In this document: in pieces, positions 18,302 to 26,154 of the stretch
Layout of the letters: each line of letters opens with the position of its first letter
Position numbering within the stretch: the first letter of the stretch is position 1
Assembly: GCA_050015415.1 (NCBI GenBank)
Contig: JBEKBL010000023.1
Location: 1 to 26,154 of the forward strand
DNA length: 26,154 bases
Source of the DNA: Solirubrobacteraceae bacterium
Lineage (GTDB): Bacteria > Actinomycetota > Thermoleophilia > Solirubrobacterales > Solirubrobacteraceae
Direction: 5' to 3'
The notes under the pieces: generated by a model
Databases searched by the model: none
Told to the model about the DNA's origin: nothing
The model's input: the letters and a program-made list of their open reading frames with translations, nothing else
Position numbers and translations under genes: made by a program

Positions 18302-19708
18302 TCAGCGTCGTGAGGGCTGAGTGTCTGTTGCGACGCGGAGGATCGCCTCGAGCGAGCGCTCGACGTCCTCGCTCGTCGTGGCCCAGTTCGACACCGAAAC
18401 ACGCATGGCGCCCATTCCGTGCCAGGTCGTGCCGCTCAGCCAGCAGGTCCCGTCGTCCTGGACCGCCTCGATCACGGCCCGCGTGCAGGCGTCGTGATCG
18501 CCGGCGTCGTCGAGGAAGCGGACGAGCACCTGGTTGAGTACGACGTCGTTGAGCACCTCGACATTCGGGGCTGCTCCGAGCACCTCGCCGAAGCGGCGGG
18601 CGTGCATGCAGCAGCGCTCGATGAGTTCGGCGACGCCGGAGCGGCCGAGTGAGCGGATTGCGGCGTAGACCGAGAAGCCACGTGCGCGGCGAGAGAACTC
18701 GGGGTTCCAATCGAGTTCGTCTCGAGGCCCGCCGTCGTCGGCGTGGATCAGGTAGTTCGCACGAACACCCATCGCCGCCTGCTGAGCGTCGGGGTGCGCG
18801 CAGAATGCAAGCCCGCTGTCGTAGGGAACGTTGAGCCACTTGTGCGCATCGGTTGCCCAAGAGTCGGCGCGCTCAGCGCCCGCGACGAGGGGCCGCAATG
18901 CCGGGCTCGCCGCGGCCCACAGTCCGAAGGCCCCGTCGACGTGCAGCCAGGCGCCCGCGTCCTCGGCGATGTCGGCGATCTCCTCAAACGGGTCAAACGA
19001 GCCCGTGTTGACGTTGCCGGCCTGGGCGCAGACGATCGTCGGCCCAGCAACCCCCGCGAGCGTCTCGCGAAGCAGGTCAGAGCGCATCCGCCCCTGCGTG
19101 TCAGTTTCAACCGCCACGAGTCCCCCTGTGCCGAACCCAAGGAACCGCAGGGCGCGGTCGACGGTGACATGGCGCTCCGCGCCCACCACCACACGAACCG
19201 CCGGCGCGCCGATCAGACCGCGCTCGTTGACGTCCCAGCCGACCCGGGCGAGCACGGCGTGGCGAGCGGCAGCGAGCGCCGTGACGTGTGCCATCTGGCA
19301 GCCGGTGACGAAACCAAACGAGACTCCGTGCGGCAGCCCCAGGAGCTCAGCCGTCCACGCGCCCGCTACCTCTTCGGCGACCGCCGCCGACGGCCCACAG
19401 ACGTAAAGCCCGGCGTTCTGATCCCAGACCGAGGTGAGCCAGTCAGCCGCGACGGCGACCGGGAGCGCCCCGCCGATGACGAACCCGAAGTAGCGCCCGC
19501 TCGGACTGGCAACAAGCCCGGGATCGGCGGCCGCCACGAGGTCGGCAATCACCGCCCGCGGATCGACCGGCAGCTCCGGCAACGGCCCGCCGAGACTAGA
19601 GCGGAGCTCGTCCACGCCGGCAGTCGCCCCCACGCGACGTTGCGGGATTCCCTCGAGATAGTCCCCAGCAAGGCCAGCGGTCTCATCGAGCAGTCTACGA
19701 ACCGTCAT
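18302..19708 (-). CDS. PLP-dependent group II decarboxylase (aromatic amino acid/glutamate decarboxylase family)
   Basis: PSGRYFGFVIGG, GFVTGCQMAH, AGNVNTGSFD, WLHVDGAFG, DSWATDAHKWLNVPYDSG (PLP Lys), EFSRRARG. Confidence 0.93.
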   Translation of the reverse strand: MTVRRLLDETAGLAGDYLEGIPQRRVGATAGVDELRSSLGGPLPELPVDPRAVIADLVAAADPGLVASPSGRYFGFVIGGALPVAVAADWLTSVWDQNAGLYVCGPSAAVAEEVAGAWTAELLGLPHGVSFGFVTGCQMAHVTALAAARHAVLARVGWDVNERGLIGAPAVRVVVGAERHVTVDRALRFLGFGTGGLVAVETDTQGRMRSDLLRETLAGVAGPTIVCAQAGNVNTGSFDPFEEIADIAEDAGAWLHVDGAFGLWAAASPALRPLVAGAERADSWATDAHKWLNVPYDSGLAFCAHPDAQQAAMGVRANYLIHADDGGPRDELDWNPEFSRRARGFSVYAAIRSLGRSGVAELIERCCMHARRFGEVLGAAPNVEVLNDVVLNQVLVRFLDDAGDHDACTRAVIEAVQDDGTCWLSGTTWHGMGAMRVSVSNWATTSEDVERSLEAILRVATDTQPSRR

Positions 19709-19912
19709 GACCGGCGCAATCTAGCGCGCACCGGCTGGCAGCGACGGCGCCTGCAACCCCGCCGCGACTGTTCATAAACAGGCCGAGTTTGATCGCCAAA
19801 ACCACGGCCCGCCGCTGCGCCGCCAGCAGTCTGGTGGCCGCGTCGACCGCGCCGCTCGCTCGCGCGAACAGCAGCGGTCAGGCACGGGTAATGGACCAGC
19901 GGGGACTGCGAG

Positions 19913-20377
19913 CTACCGTCCGAACGTGGCGTTCGGTAGGGGCTGACTGGTTCCGATCGTCTTGCGCATCCCCGTGAGTGCTTGGTCGCCGATGCGCTTG
20001 AAAGCGATGCCGAGCAGCGGATCCGCGATCTTCAGCCACCCCCTCAACGTCAGGTCCGCGTCGTAGGTCACTCGCGTGCCGCCCTCGGAACGCTCGAACG
20101 TGATCCGGTCAAGCGAAACGACGGTCGAGTTCTCGCCGCGGAACGCGACGGCATTTGGCGGGTCGTACTCGACGATCCGGTAGATCAGCGTTGTCTTGCG
20201 GCCCAGGAAGGACGCCACGAGACGGAACTCCGCCCCCTCGCCGAGCGGACCCTCGCCGATACGCTCAGACTGCACGGTGCCCGGATCCCACTGCTGGGCC
20301 GTGGAGAAGTCGCTCAGATAGGCGAATACCTCATCTGGCGGGTGCGGCGTGTCAACGGTTGCGTTGTAGCGAGCGAT
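19913..20377 (-). CDS. SRPBCC/polyketide cyclase-like protein (~154 aa), start uncertain
   Basis: ARYNATVDT..PDEVFAYLSDFSTAQQWDPG, YRIVEYDPP, TRVTYDADL. A strong SD (GAAGGGG) precedes ATC at 20377; an alternative in-frame GTG is at 20431. Confidence 0.8.
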   Translation of the reverse strand: MARYNATVDTPHPPDEVFAYLSDFSTAQQWDPGTVQSERIGEGPLGEGAEFRLVASFLGRKTTLIYRIVEYDPPNAVAFRGENSTVVSLDRITFERSEGGTRVTYDADLTLRGWLKIADPLLGIAFKRIGDQALTGMRKTIGTSQPLPNATFGR

Positions 20378-20405
20378 AGAACCCCTTCTTCCCTCGCGTT
20401 GATCG

Positions 20406-20422
20406 TGACAGGACCTGACAGG
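20406..20422. repeat. TGACAGG direct repeat (10-bp period) in a divergent intergenic region; candidate operator
   Basis: TGACAGG at 20406-20412 and 20416-20422. The second copy lies within the palindrome CCTG-A-CAGG. Confidence 0.4.
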
Positions 20423-20515
20423 CGATGCCACGAGCCGAGGTCGATAATGCTGCTGGAGACGATCCTCGATCACGGAGGCGATGGACACGGTGCGGGCGAA
20501 GGCAGGCCGGAGCGC

Positions 20516-20989
20516 ATGAACGACGACGAGCGTCATTTGATCTCCTCACTCGAGGCTCAAGAGCAACGGCTGGTCTTCACCCGCTTCGACAACGCGGACG
20601 CGTGGCGGCTGGGCAGTGCGATGGTGGCGGCAGCGACCGAGCGCTCGCTGCCTGTCACGATCGACATCCGCCGCCACGGCCAGCAGCTGTTCCATGCCGC
20701 CTTACCGGGCACCACCGCTGAGAACGACTCGTGGATCGAGCGGAAGGTCAATGTCGTCGACCGTTTCGCTGCTGCGTCATATCTTGTGGGCCGGCGCCTT
20801 GCGGCGACTGGGACCGCGTTGGACGAGGCGCTGGGCGTCGAGCCACGGCTGTTCGCGGCACACGGCGGCGCGTTCCCGATCCGCATCAGCGAGGTCGGGG
20901 TGGTCGGCAGCGTCACCGTCTCCGGCCTGCCGCAGGCCGATGACCATGCCTTCGTCGTTGAGATGATCGAAGCGTTCCTCGGCGCATGA
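20516..20989 (+). CDS. UPF0303/GlcG-HbpS-like (heme-degrading domain) protein (157 aa)
   Basis: GGAG SD before ATG 20516. FDNADAWRLG, LFHAALPGT, NDSWIERKVNVV, HGGAFPI, VTVSGLPQADDH. Confidence 0.85.
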   Translation: MNDDERHLISSLEAQEQRLVFTRFDNADAWRLGSAMVAAATERSLPVTIDIRRHGQQLFHAALPGTTAENDSWIERKVNVVDRFAAASYLVGRRLAATGTALDEALGVEPRLFAAHGGAFPIRISEVGVVGSVTVSGLPQADDHAFVVEMIEAFLGA

Positions 20990-21115
20990 GCAGGGCTGAA
21001 GGTCAGCGGGAGCCGGATCGGGTTTGTTTCGCGCTCGTCGCAACCGCCGTCTGGGCTCCGTGAACGCAACCACGTTGCGCCGTTCGCTCCAACGCGAGCG
21101 ATAGCGTCCCTGCCG

Positions 21116-23107
21116 GTGCATTCGCAAGCCCCGCCATCGTCGTGGACCGCCGGCTCCGAGCCTGGCCCGCGCCGCCGGTCGCTCGCCAGCGCGGGCATCT
21201 CGGCGCTCACGCTGGGCGCGCTGGGCGTCGTGTTTGGCGACATTGGAACGAGTCCGCTGTACGCGGTGCAGGCCGTGTTCACGAAGGCCAACGGCCATCC
21301 GGTGCACCTCGACAGTGCGAACGTCTACGGCGTAATCTCGCTCGTGTTCTGGGCTATCACGATGATCGTCTCGGTCAAGTACGTGATCTTCATCATGCGC
21401 GCCGACAACCAGGGCGAAGGCGGGATCATGGCTCTCACAGCGCTGATCCAGGGGAGGCTGAATCGCAGCGCGACGACCCTGGTGCTGATCACGCTCGGTG
21501 TCCTCGGTGCGTGTCTGTTCTACGGCGACGGCGCGATCACGCCGGCGATCTCCGTCGTCTCGGCGGTGGCTGGACTGAAGGTTGCCGTTCCGAGCCTCGG
21601 CTCCCTTGTACTTCCGGTCACCGTGGCCGTGCTCTGCGGGCTGTTCGCGATCCAGCGCTTCGGCACGCGCCTCGTGGGCAACCTCTTCGGGCCCGTGATG
21701 CTGATCTGGTTCTCCGTTCTCGCCCTGCTCGGCGTCATCGAGCTTGTACACCACCCCGGCATTCTCAGGGCTCTCTCGCCCAGCTACGGAGCCCGGTTCT
21801 TCCTCGACAACGGCGGCGTCGCGTTCATATCGCTGGCGTCTGTCGTGCTCGCGGTGACCGGGGCGGAGGCGCTTTACGCGGACATGGGCCACTTCGGGCG
21901 CGCGCCGATTCGACGCGCGTGGTTCTTCGTCGTCTTTCCTGCGCTCACGATCAACTACCTCGCACAGGGCTCGCTGATCCTGCGCTCGCACAAGGCGGCC
22001 CTCAACCCGTTCTACTTCCTCGTGCCCGGATGGGCGCAGATACCGATGGTGATCCTCGCAACGGTCGCGACGGTGATCGCCTCGCAGGCGGTGATCTCGG
22101 GCGCGTTCAGTGTCTCCCAGCAGGCGGTGCAGCTCGGCTTCCTTCCGCGCCTGACGATCCGCCACACGTCAGAGCGCGAGGTTGGCCAGGTCTACGTTCC
22201 GGCGATCAACGCACTGCTGTTCGTGTCTGTCGTCGCGATCGTCATCGGCTTCGGCTCGGCGACGGCGCTCTCGAACGCCTACGGCGTGGCCGTGACCGGG
22301 ACGTTCTTCCTCACAACGGTCCTGTTCCTCGCCGTATGCCGGCTCCTCTGGCACAAGCCGTGGAGGCTGATCGGTCTCGGCGCCGGGGTCTTTCTGACGA
22401 TCGACGCCGCCTTCTTCTCCGCCGACCTGACGAAGATCGTCCACGGAGGCTGGTTGCCGCTGGCGATCGCGTCGGGAGTCTTCTTCGTCCTGATGACCTG
22501 GAGCAAGGGACGCGAGATCGTCGCCGCCAACCGCGACCGGGCCGAGGGACCGTTGCGTGATTTCATCGAGCAGGTCGGCGAGCGCGACTTCCCGGTTCGG
22601 GATGTGTCGGGCGTCAGCGTGTTCCTCAACCCGAACCTGCAGACCACGCCGCTCGCGCTGCGCGCCAACGTTGAGCTCAACCACGTGCTGCACGACCAGG
22701 TGATCATCGTCTCGGTGGAGATCGAGCGCGTCCCGCACGTGCCAGAAGGCGAGCGAGTCGTGGTGCAGCCCGGCTTCCTCTACAGCGGGGCCACCGGTGA
22801 CCCGATCGAGGGCTCGTCCAACCGCTTCACACGCCTCACGCTCCGCTTTGGCTTTCTCGATGAGCCGGACATTCCCGCTGCACTTCGCGTCGCGGCCGAA
22901 GAGCATCTGATCGCGGGCAATCCCGACGTCGCTCACGCCTTCTACTTCGTCACGCAGATTGCGATCGTGCCGACCGACGCCCCGGGGATGAGTCCGTGGC
23001 GCAAGAAGATCTTCGTCGCGATGGCGCGCAACGCGGCGAACCCGGCCGAGTACTACCGCCTTCCCGACGACCAGACGGTGACAATGGGCGGCCGCGTCGA
23101 CGTCTGA
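21116..23107 (+). CDS. kup: KUP/HAK/KT family potassium transporter
   Basis: LGVVFGDIGTSPLYA, RADNQGEGG, YGDGAITPAISV, GAEALYADMGHFG, SQAVISGAFS, GQVYVP, YGVAVTG, GGWLPL. Confidence 0.97.
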   Translation: MHSQAPPSSWTAGSEPGPRRRSLASAGISALTLGALGVVFGDIGTSPLYAVQAVFTKANGHPVHLDSANVYGVISLVFWAITMIVSVKYVIFIMRADNQGEGGIMALTALIQGRLNRSATTLVLITLGVLGACLFYGDGAITPAISVVSAVAGLKVAVPSLGSLVLPVTVAVLCGLFAIQRFGTRLVGNLFGPVMLIWFSVLALLGVIELVHHPGILRALSPSYGARFFLDNGGVAFISLASVVLAVTGAEALYADMGHFGRAPIRRAWFFVVFPALTINYLAQGSLILRSHKAALNPFYFLVPGWAQIPMVILATVATVIASQAVISGAFSVSQQAVQLGFLPRLTIRHTSEREVGQVYVPAINALLFVSVVAIVIGFGSATALSNAYGVAVTGTFFLTTVLFLAVCRLLWHKPWRLIGLGAGVFLTIDAAFFSADLTKIVHGGWLPLAIASGVFFVLMTWSKGREIVAANRDRAEGPLRDFIEQVGERDFPVRDVSGVSVFLNPNLQTTPLALRANVELNHVLHDQVIIVSVEIERVPHVPEGERVVVQPGFLYSGATGDPIEGSSNRFTRLTLRFGFLDEPDIPAALRVAAEEHLIAGNPDVAHAFYFVTQIAIVPTDAPGMSPWRKKIFVAMARNAANPAEYYRLPDDQTVTMGGRVDV

Positions 23108-23135
23108 GACGCTCAGGCTGGCATACGATCGCGCC

Positions 23136-23165
23136 GTGACACGACTCGTTCGGAGTGCTCCGTGA
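23136..23165 (+). CDS. Putative leaderless 9-codon uORF (VTRLVRSAP) overlapping the methyltransferase start
   Basis: TACGAT (23124-23129) is 6 nt before GTG 23136. Its TGA (23163-23165) overlaps GTG 23162 (GTGA). Confidence 0.35.
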   Translation: MTRLVRSAP

Positions 23166-24067
23166 TCGATTCGGAGCGGGAGCGCACCGCACCCAGGGGG
23201 CTGAGCTCGCGGGCTGGCCTGCTGGCCCGCGCTATCGCCGGACGCTCCCTGGGGTCGGCCGCCGGCCGGCTCGGCTACCGGCTCGTTCGCGATGGGTTCT
23301 ACTCGCCGCTGGCGGACCTGGACTCGCTTCCGCCGGAGGACAGGCGCAGCGCGATGGCGGGGATCCACTTCGACTCCGAGGAGCAGTTGCGTTATCTGAC
23401 CGATCGGCTCGGCCGCTATCTCGGCGAGCTCGACATTCCCGATTCTGGCGAGCCGGGCGAGCTCTTTCTCCGCAATGGCTTCTACGAGGCCGGCGACGCG
23501 GAGACGCTGTACGCGACCATCCGTGAGCGCCGGCCGGCGCGTGTGCTCGAGCTCGGCTCAGGCTTCTCGACCCAGATCATCGCGCGTGCGCTGGCGGCCA
23601 ACGGCGCGGGCGACCATCACGTCTTCGACCCCCATGCGCGGGCGGGGACTGACGCGCTTGCGTCGGTGACGCGGCGCTCGGCTGGCGAGATCGCCGACGC
23701 CGAGTTCACCCGCCTCGAGCGCGGCGACGTTCTGTTCGTCGACTCGACGCACATCGTCAAGATCGGTAGCGAAGTGAACCGTGTCGTGCTCGACGCCTTG
23801 CCGCTGCTTGCGCCAGGCGTGGCGGTGCACTTCCACGACGTCTTCCTGCCGTGGGACTACCCGCACGGCTTCTTCACGCGCCTGCACATGTACCTGAACG
23901 AGCAGTACCTGCTGCAAGCCTTCCTCGCGATGAACCCGGAGTACCGGATCCTGCTCGCGATGAACGCCGTCGGACGGCTTCATCCGCGCGAGGTCGCCGA
24001 GCTGATCCCGAGCGTTCGCGCCGGCGCGGCCCCTGCCGCGTTCTGGATCGAGCGGCTCGCGAGCTGA
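23162..24067 (+). CDS. Class I SAM-dependent methyltransferase (Methyltransf_24-like)
   Basis: VLELGSGFST motif I, DVLFVDSTH, LAPGVAVHFHDVFLP, NEQYLLQAFL. Confidence 0.85.
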   Translation: MIDSERERTAPRGLSSRAGLLARAIAGRSLGSAAGRLGYRLVRDGFYSPLADLDSLPPEDRRSAMAGIHFDSEEQLRYLTDRLGRYLGELDIPDSGEPGELFLRNGFYEAGDAETLYATIRERRPARVLELGSGFSTQIIARALAANGAGDHHVFDPHARAGTDALASVTRRSAGEIADAEFTRLERGDVLFVDSTHIVKIGSEVNRVVLDALPLLAPGVAVHFHDVFLPWDYPHGFFTRLHMYLNEQYLLQAFLAMNPEYRILLAMNAVGRLHPREVAELIPSVRAGAAPAAFWIERLAS

Positions 24068-24092
24068 CGCTCCCTGCGTAGACTCCCGGGCG

Positions 24093-25436
24093 GTGCGGGG
24101 TGTCCGCTTCAGTCTGCTCGGTGCGGCGCTCGTTGCGCTAGGCGTTGCCGCCACCACGTCAAGCGCGGCAGCAACCCCGCCGCCGCATGCGATCGCCCTC
24201 GGGGCGACGAGCGGAGCGCCCGTGACCGTCGTCACCGATCCGGTCGGGCTCAGCGTCGAGTATCCCGTGCTGGCCTCAGACCTCGGGACCGGCAGCTGCC
24301 CGCCGCCCGAGCTCGTCAGCACGATCGAGGCCCTCGGCGTTCCAACGATCCGCATCGGAGGCGACTCGGGCGACGAGACTGCGCCGGCCGGAACGCCGCC
24401 GTTCGCCGGGGTAACCGACCTGCCGGCCGCGTTCTGGAGCCAGCTTGGATGCCTCGAGGGCCAGACACAGGAGCCCTTCGTCATCGGTCTCAACCTCGCC
24501 TCCCAGATGCCCGCCTGGACCGCGACCATGGCCGCCGGCGCGCGCAGCGCGGTGCCGGCGAATCTGCTCAGCTTCGAGATCGGCAACGAGGCAGACATCG
24601 ACGGGCCGTCGGTCGCCTGGTGGAACGCGACAGCACAGGCCAAGTCGCTGCTTCCGTTTCCAACCTACCTCGACGATGCCGAAGCGGTCGAGGGGCAGCT
24701 CGGCCCGGGCGCAGACGTCGAAGGCCCGGACTTTGCAACGCCGCGCTGGACATCGGAGATCCCGCAGATCGCGACGGCGCTGTCGCTACGCGCGATCGAC
24801 GCACACTTCTATCCGCTCAACGCCTGCACCGGCCTGCGCCAGGCGACGGTCAGGGCACTGCTGGCTCGCGGGGCCTCCGAGCCGGGCGGCGCGATCCTCG
24901 CGACCCTCGCGCAGGCCGAGCGGATCCACCTGCCGATGGTGATCTCCGAGAGCAACTCCGTCGCGTGTCGCGGCAAGCCTGGTGTTTCGGACTCGCCGGC
25001 CTCGGCCGTGTGGGCGCTGCGCCTGGTTGTCAACATGCTCATGAGCGGCATCGAATCGGTCCGCTTCCACTCGAGCGGGTCGAGCTACGATCCGTTCGTC
25101 GTCAGCGGCACCACGGTGACGACGCGGCCGCTCTACCTCGGGCTCGAGGCCGCGGTTCAGCTGCTCCCCGTTGGCGCGACGCTCACGGCGCTGGCGACAC
25201 CGAAGGCTCTGAGCGGCGTACTCGTGTCCACCGCGAGCGGACCAACCAGTTACATCGTGACCAACTACGCCTCGTCAACAAGGCTCGTGACGGTTCGCGC
25301 CGCGAGCGCTTCCGCCACGGTTCTCCGCGTCGCCCCGAGCGCAGCCGTCGTCACGACAGCGCAGATCAGCCCGCGGGGCGGCAAGTTCAGCGTTGCCGTG
25401 GCGGCGAACACGGTCGTCGCGATCACCCCCGGCTGA
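24093..25436 (+). CDS. Secreted clan GH-A glycoside hydrolase, GH79-like (beta-glucuronidase/heparanase family)
   Basis: Signal peptide; IRIGG, FEIGNEAD (acid/base), AHFYP, ISESNSVACRGKPGVSD (nucleophile), ASAVW, YDPF, RPLYLG. Confidence 0.75.
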   Translation: MRGVRFSLLGAALVALGVAATTSSAAATPPPHAIALGATSGAPVTVVTDPVGLSVEYPVLASDLGTGSCPPPELVSTIEALGVPTIRIGGDSGDETAPAGTPPFAGVTDLPAAFWSQLGCLEGQTQEPFVIGLNLASQMPAWTATMAAGARSAVPANLLSFEIGNEADIDGPSVAWWNATAQAKSLLPFPTYLDDAEAVEGQLGPGADVEGPDFATPRWTSEIPQIATALSLRAIDAHFYPLNACTGLRQATVRALLARGASEPGGAILATLAQAERIHLPMVISESNSVACRGKPGVSDSPASAVWALRLVVNMLMSGIESVRFHSSGSSYDPFVVSGTTVTTRPLYLGLEAAVQLLPVGATLTALATPKALSGVLVSTASGPTSYIVTNYASSTRLVTVRAASASATVLRVAPSAAVVTTAQISPRGGKFSVAVAANTVVAITPG

Positions 25437-25456
25437 CGGCGACGCAAAGAGGACGG

Positions 25457-25518
25457 CGCCACGTTCGCCGGTGGCGATGCGCGAGACTCACCCCGGCACG
25501 AGCGGCCGCGTCGGCCGC
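25457..25518. terminator. Two GC-rich hairpins between the GH79-like and ABM genes
   Basis: CGCCAC 25457-62/GTGGCG 25471-76 and GCGGCCG 25502-08/CGGCCGC 25512-18. No U-tract. Confidence 0.25.
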
Positions 25519-25552
25519 CGCCGGTCCGTCAAGCCCGACCCGCGGAGGCATC

Positions 25553-25873
25553 ATGGTCTTGGAGCGCGCGCTGATCCGCATCGCCGTCGGGCAGGAGCCC
25601 GAGTTCGAACACTCGCTGATCGCGGCGCGCGAAGTGATCGCGAAAGCCGCCGGCTTTTGCTCGTTTCGCGCCCTGCGCGGGATTGAAAGCCCGCAGGACT
25701 ACCTGCTGCTGATCGAATGGGACAGTCTCGCGGCGCACACCGAGGGCTTCCGCGGTTCGCAGCTGTTCGATCAGTGGCGAGCGCTCATCGGGCCGTACTT
25801 CGACGGCACGCCGCAGGTCGAGCACTACGCACCGCTCCGCAGCGCTGAGACAGCTCCTGAGCAGAGCGGGTAG
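25553..25873 (+). CDS. Antibiotic biosynthesis monooxygenase (ABM) domain protein (106 aa)
   Basis: GGAGG SD. GQEPEFE, RGIESPQDYLLLIEWDSLAAHTEGFRGS, WRALIGPYF, VEHY. It is the tail of the 24449..25873 track ORF. Confidence 0.88.
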   Translation: MVLERALIRIAVGQEPEFEHSLIAAREVIAKAAGFCSFRALRGIESPQDYLLLIEWDSLAAHTEGFRGSQLFDQWRALIGPYFDGTPQVEHYAPLRSAETAPEQSG

Positions 25874-25881
25874 AGCAGGAC

Positions 25882-26154
25882 TCAGCGGTCGGCGCGCAGC
25901 CCTCGCAGCACTCGCTCGACGCGCGCGAGCTCCTCGAGCAGCGCGTCACTCGCCTGCTCCATCGTCTCGTTCGCGTTGACGGCGCCGGCGTCGTCGATGA
26001 ACTGGTGGACGAAGGGGATCGAGACCGCATCGGTGAGCGGAAACATCCTTAGCGTGCTCACCACCTGCTTGAGCTGCTGCACGGAGCGCGTACCGCCCGA
26101 GACCCCGCCGTAGGAGACGAAGCCGACCGGCTTGTAGCACCACTCGTAATGGAG
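25882..26154 (-). CDS. NADPH-dependent FMN reductase, C-terminal part (5' end lies outside the window)
   Basis: Reverse strand reads LHYEWCYKPVGFVSYGGVSGGTRSVQQLKQVV, the typical KP..VSYGG.SGG motif. Confidence 0.85.
   Translation of the reverse strand, partial: LHYEWCYKPVGFVSYGGVSGGTRSVQQLKQVVSTLRMFPLTDAVSIPFVHQFIDDAGAVNANETMEQASDALLEELARVERVLRGLRADR

Noticed and set aside
20990-21115. c-di-AMP (ydaO) riboswitch upstream of kup
   Set aside because: Several hairpins are present but the consensus elements are not, and the -10 box 8 nt before GTG implies little or no leader.
20777-23368. Long alternate-frame and antisense ORFs over kup (462, 472, 399 aa)
   Set aside because: GC-rich shadow frames of a well-supported Kup gene.
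24449-25552. N-terminal 368 aa of the 474-aa track ORF (apparent fusion to ABM)
   Set aside because: Alternate frame of the GH79-like gene; ABM has its own GGAGG SD and ATG at 25553.

Overview
High-GC (roughly 70% by eye) bacterial chromosome segment. Gene content and TANNNT-type leaderless promoters suggest an actinobacterium, probably a deep-branching class such as Thermoleophilia (inference). Left half (1-14.8 kb) is core genome: the 3' end of ahcY, a coupled second AhcY-like gene, a secA-prfB-nadC-nadA operon (prfB with the +1 CTT-TGA-C frameshift), a secreted protein, and a quality-control cluster (M16 peptidase, S41/CtpA protease, RNase R family, smpB, site-2 protease, tmRNA). Right half (14.9-26.2 kb), downstream of ssrA, is a mixed accessory set: DUF3533-like membrane protein, NAD(P)-binding protein, PLP decarboxylase, SRPBCC, UPF0303/GlcG-like protein, Kup, methyltransferase, GH79-like hydrolase, ABM protein, FMN reductase. 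No integrase, transposase, CRISPR, rRNA or tRNA was seen. Best leads: (1) a tandem AhcY paralog whose catalytic K..FDN motif reads E..FND; (2) an unassigned ~119-nt highly structured RNA with its own promoter just upstream of ssrA; (3) smpB broken by a frameshifting deletion; (4) an M16 peptidase that can only start at a non-canonical codon (CTG); (5) a tmRNA tag ending in LAV. All calls are from motif recognition by eye; no database search or folding program was run.
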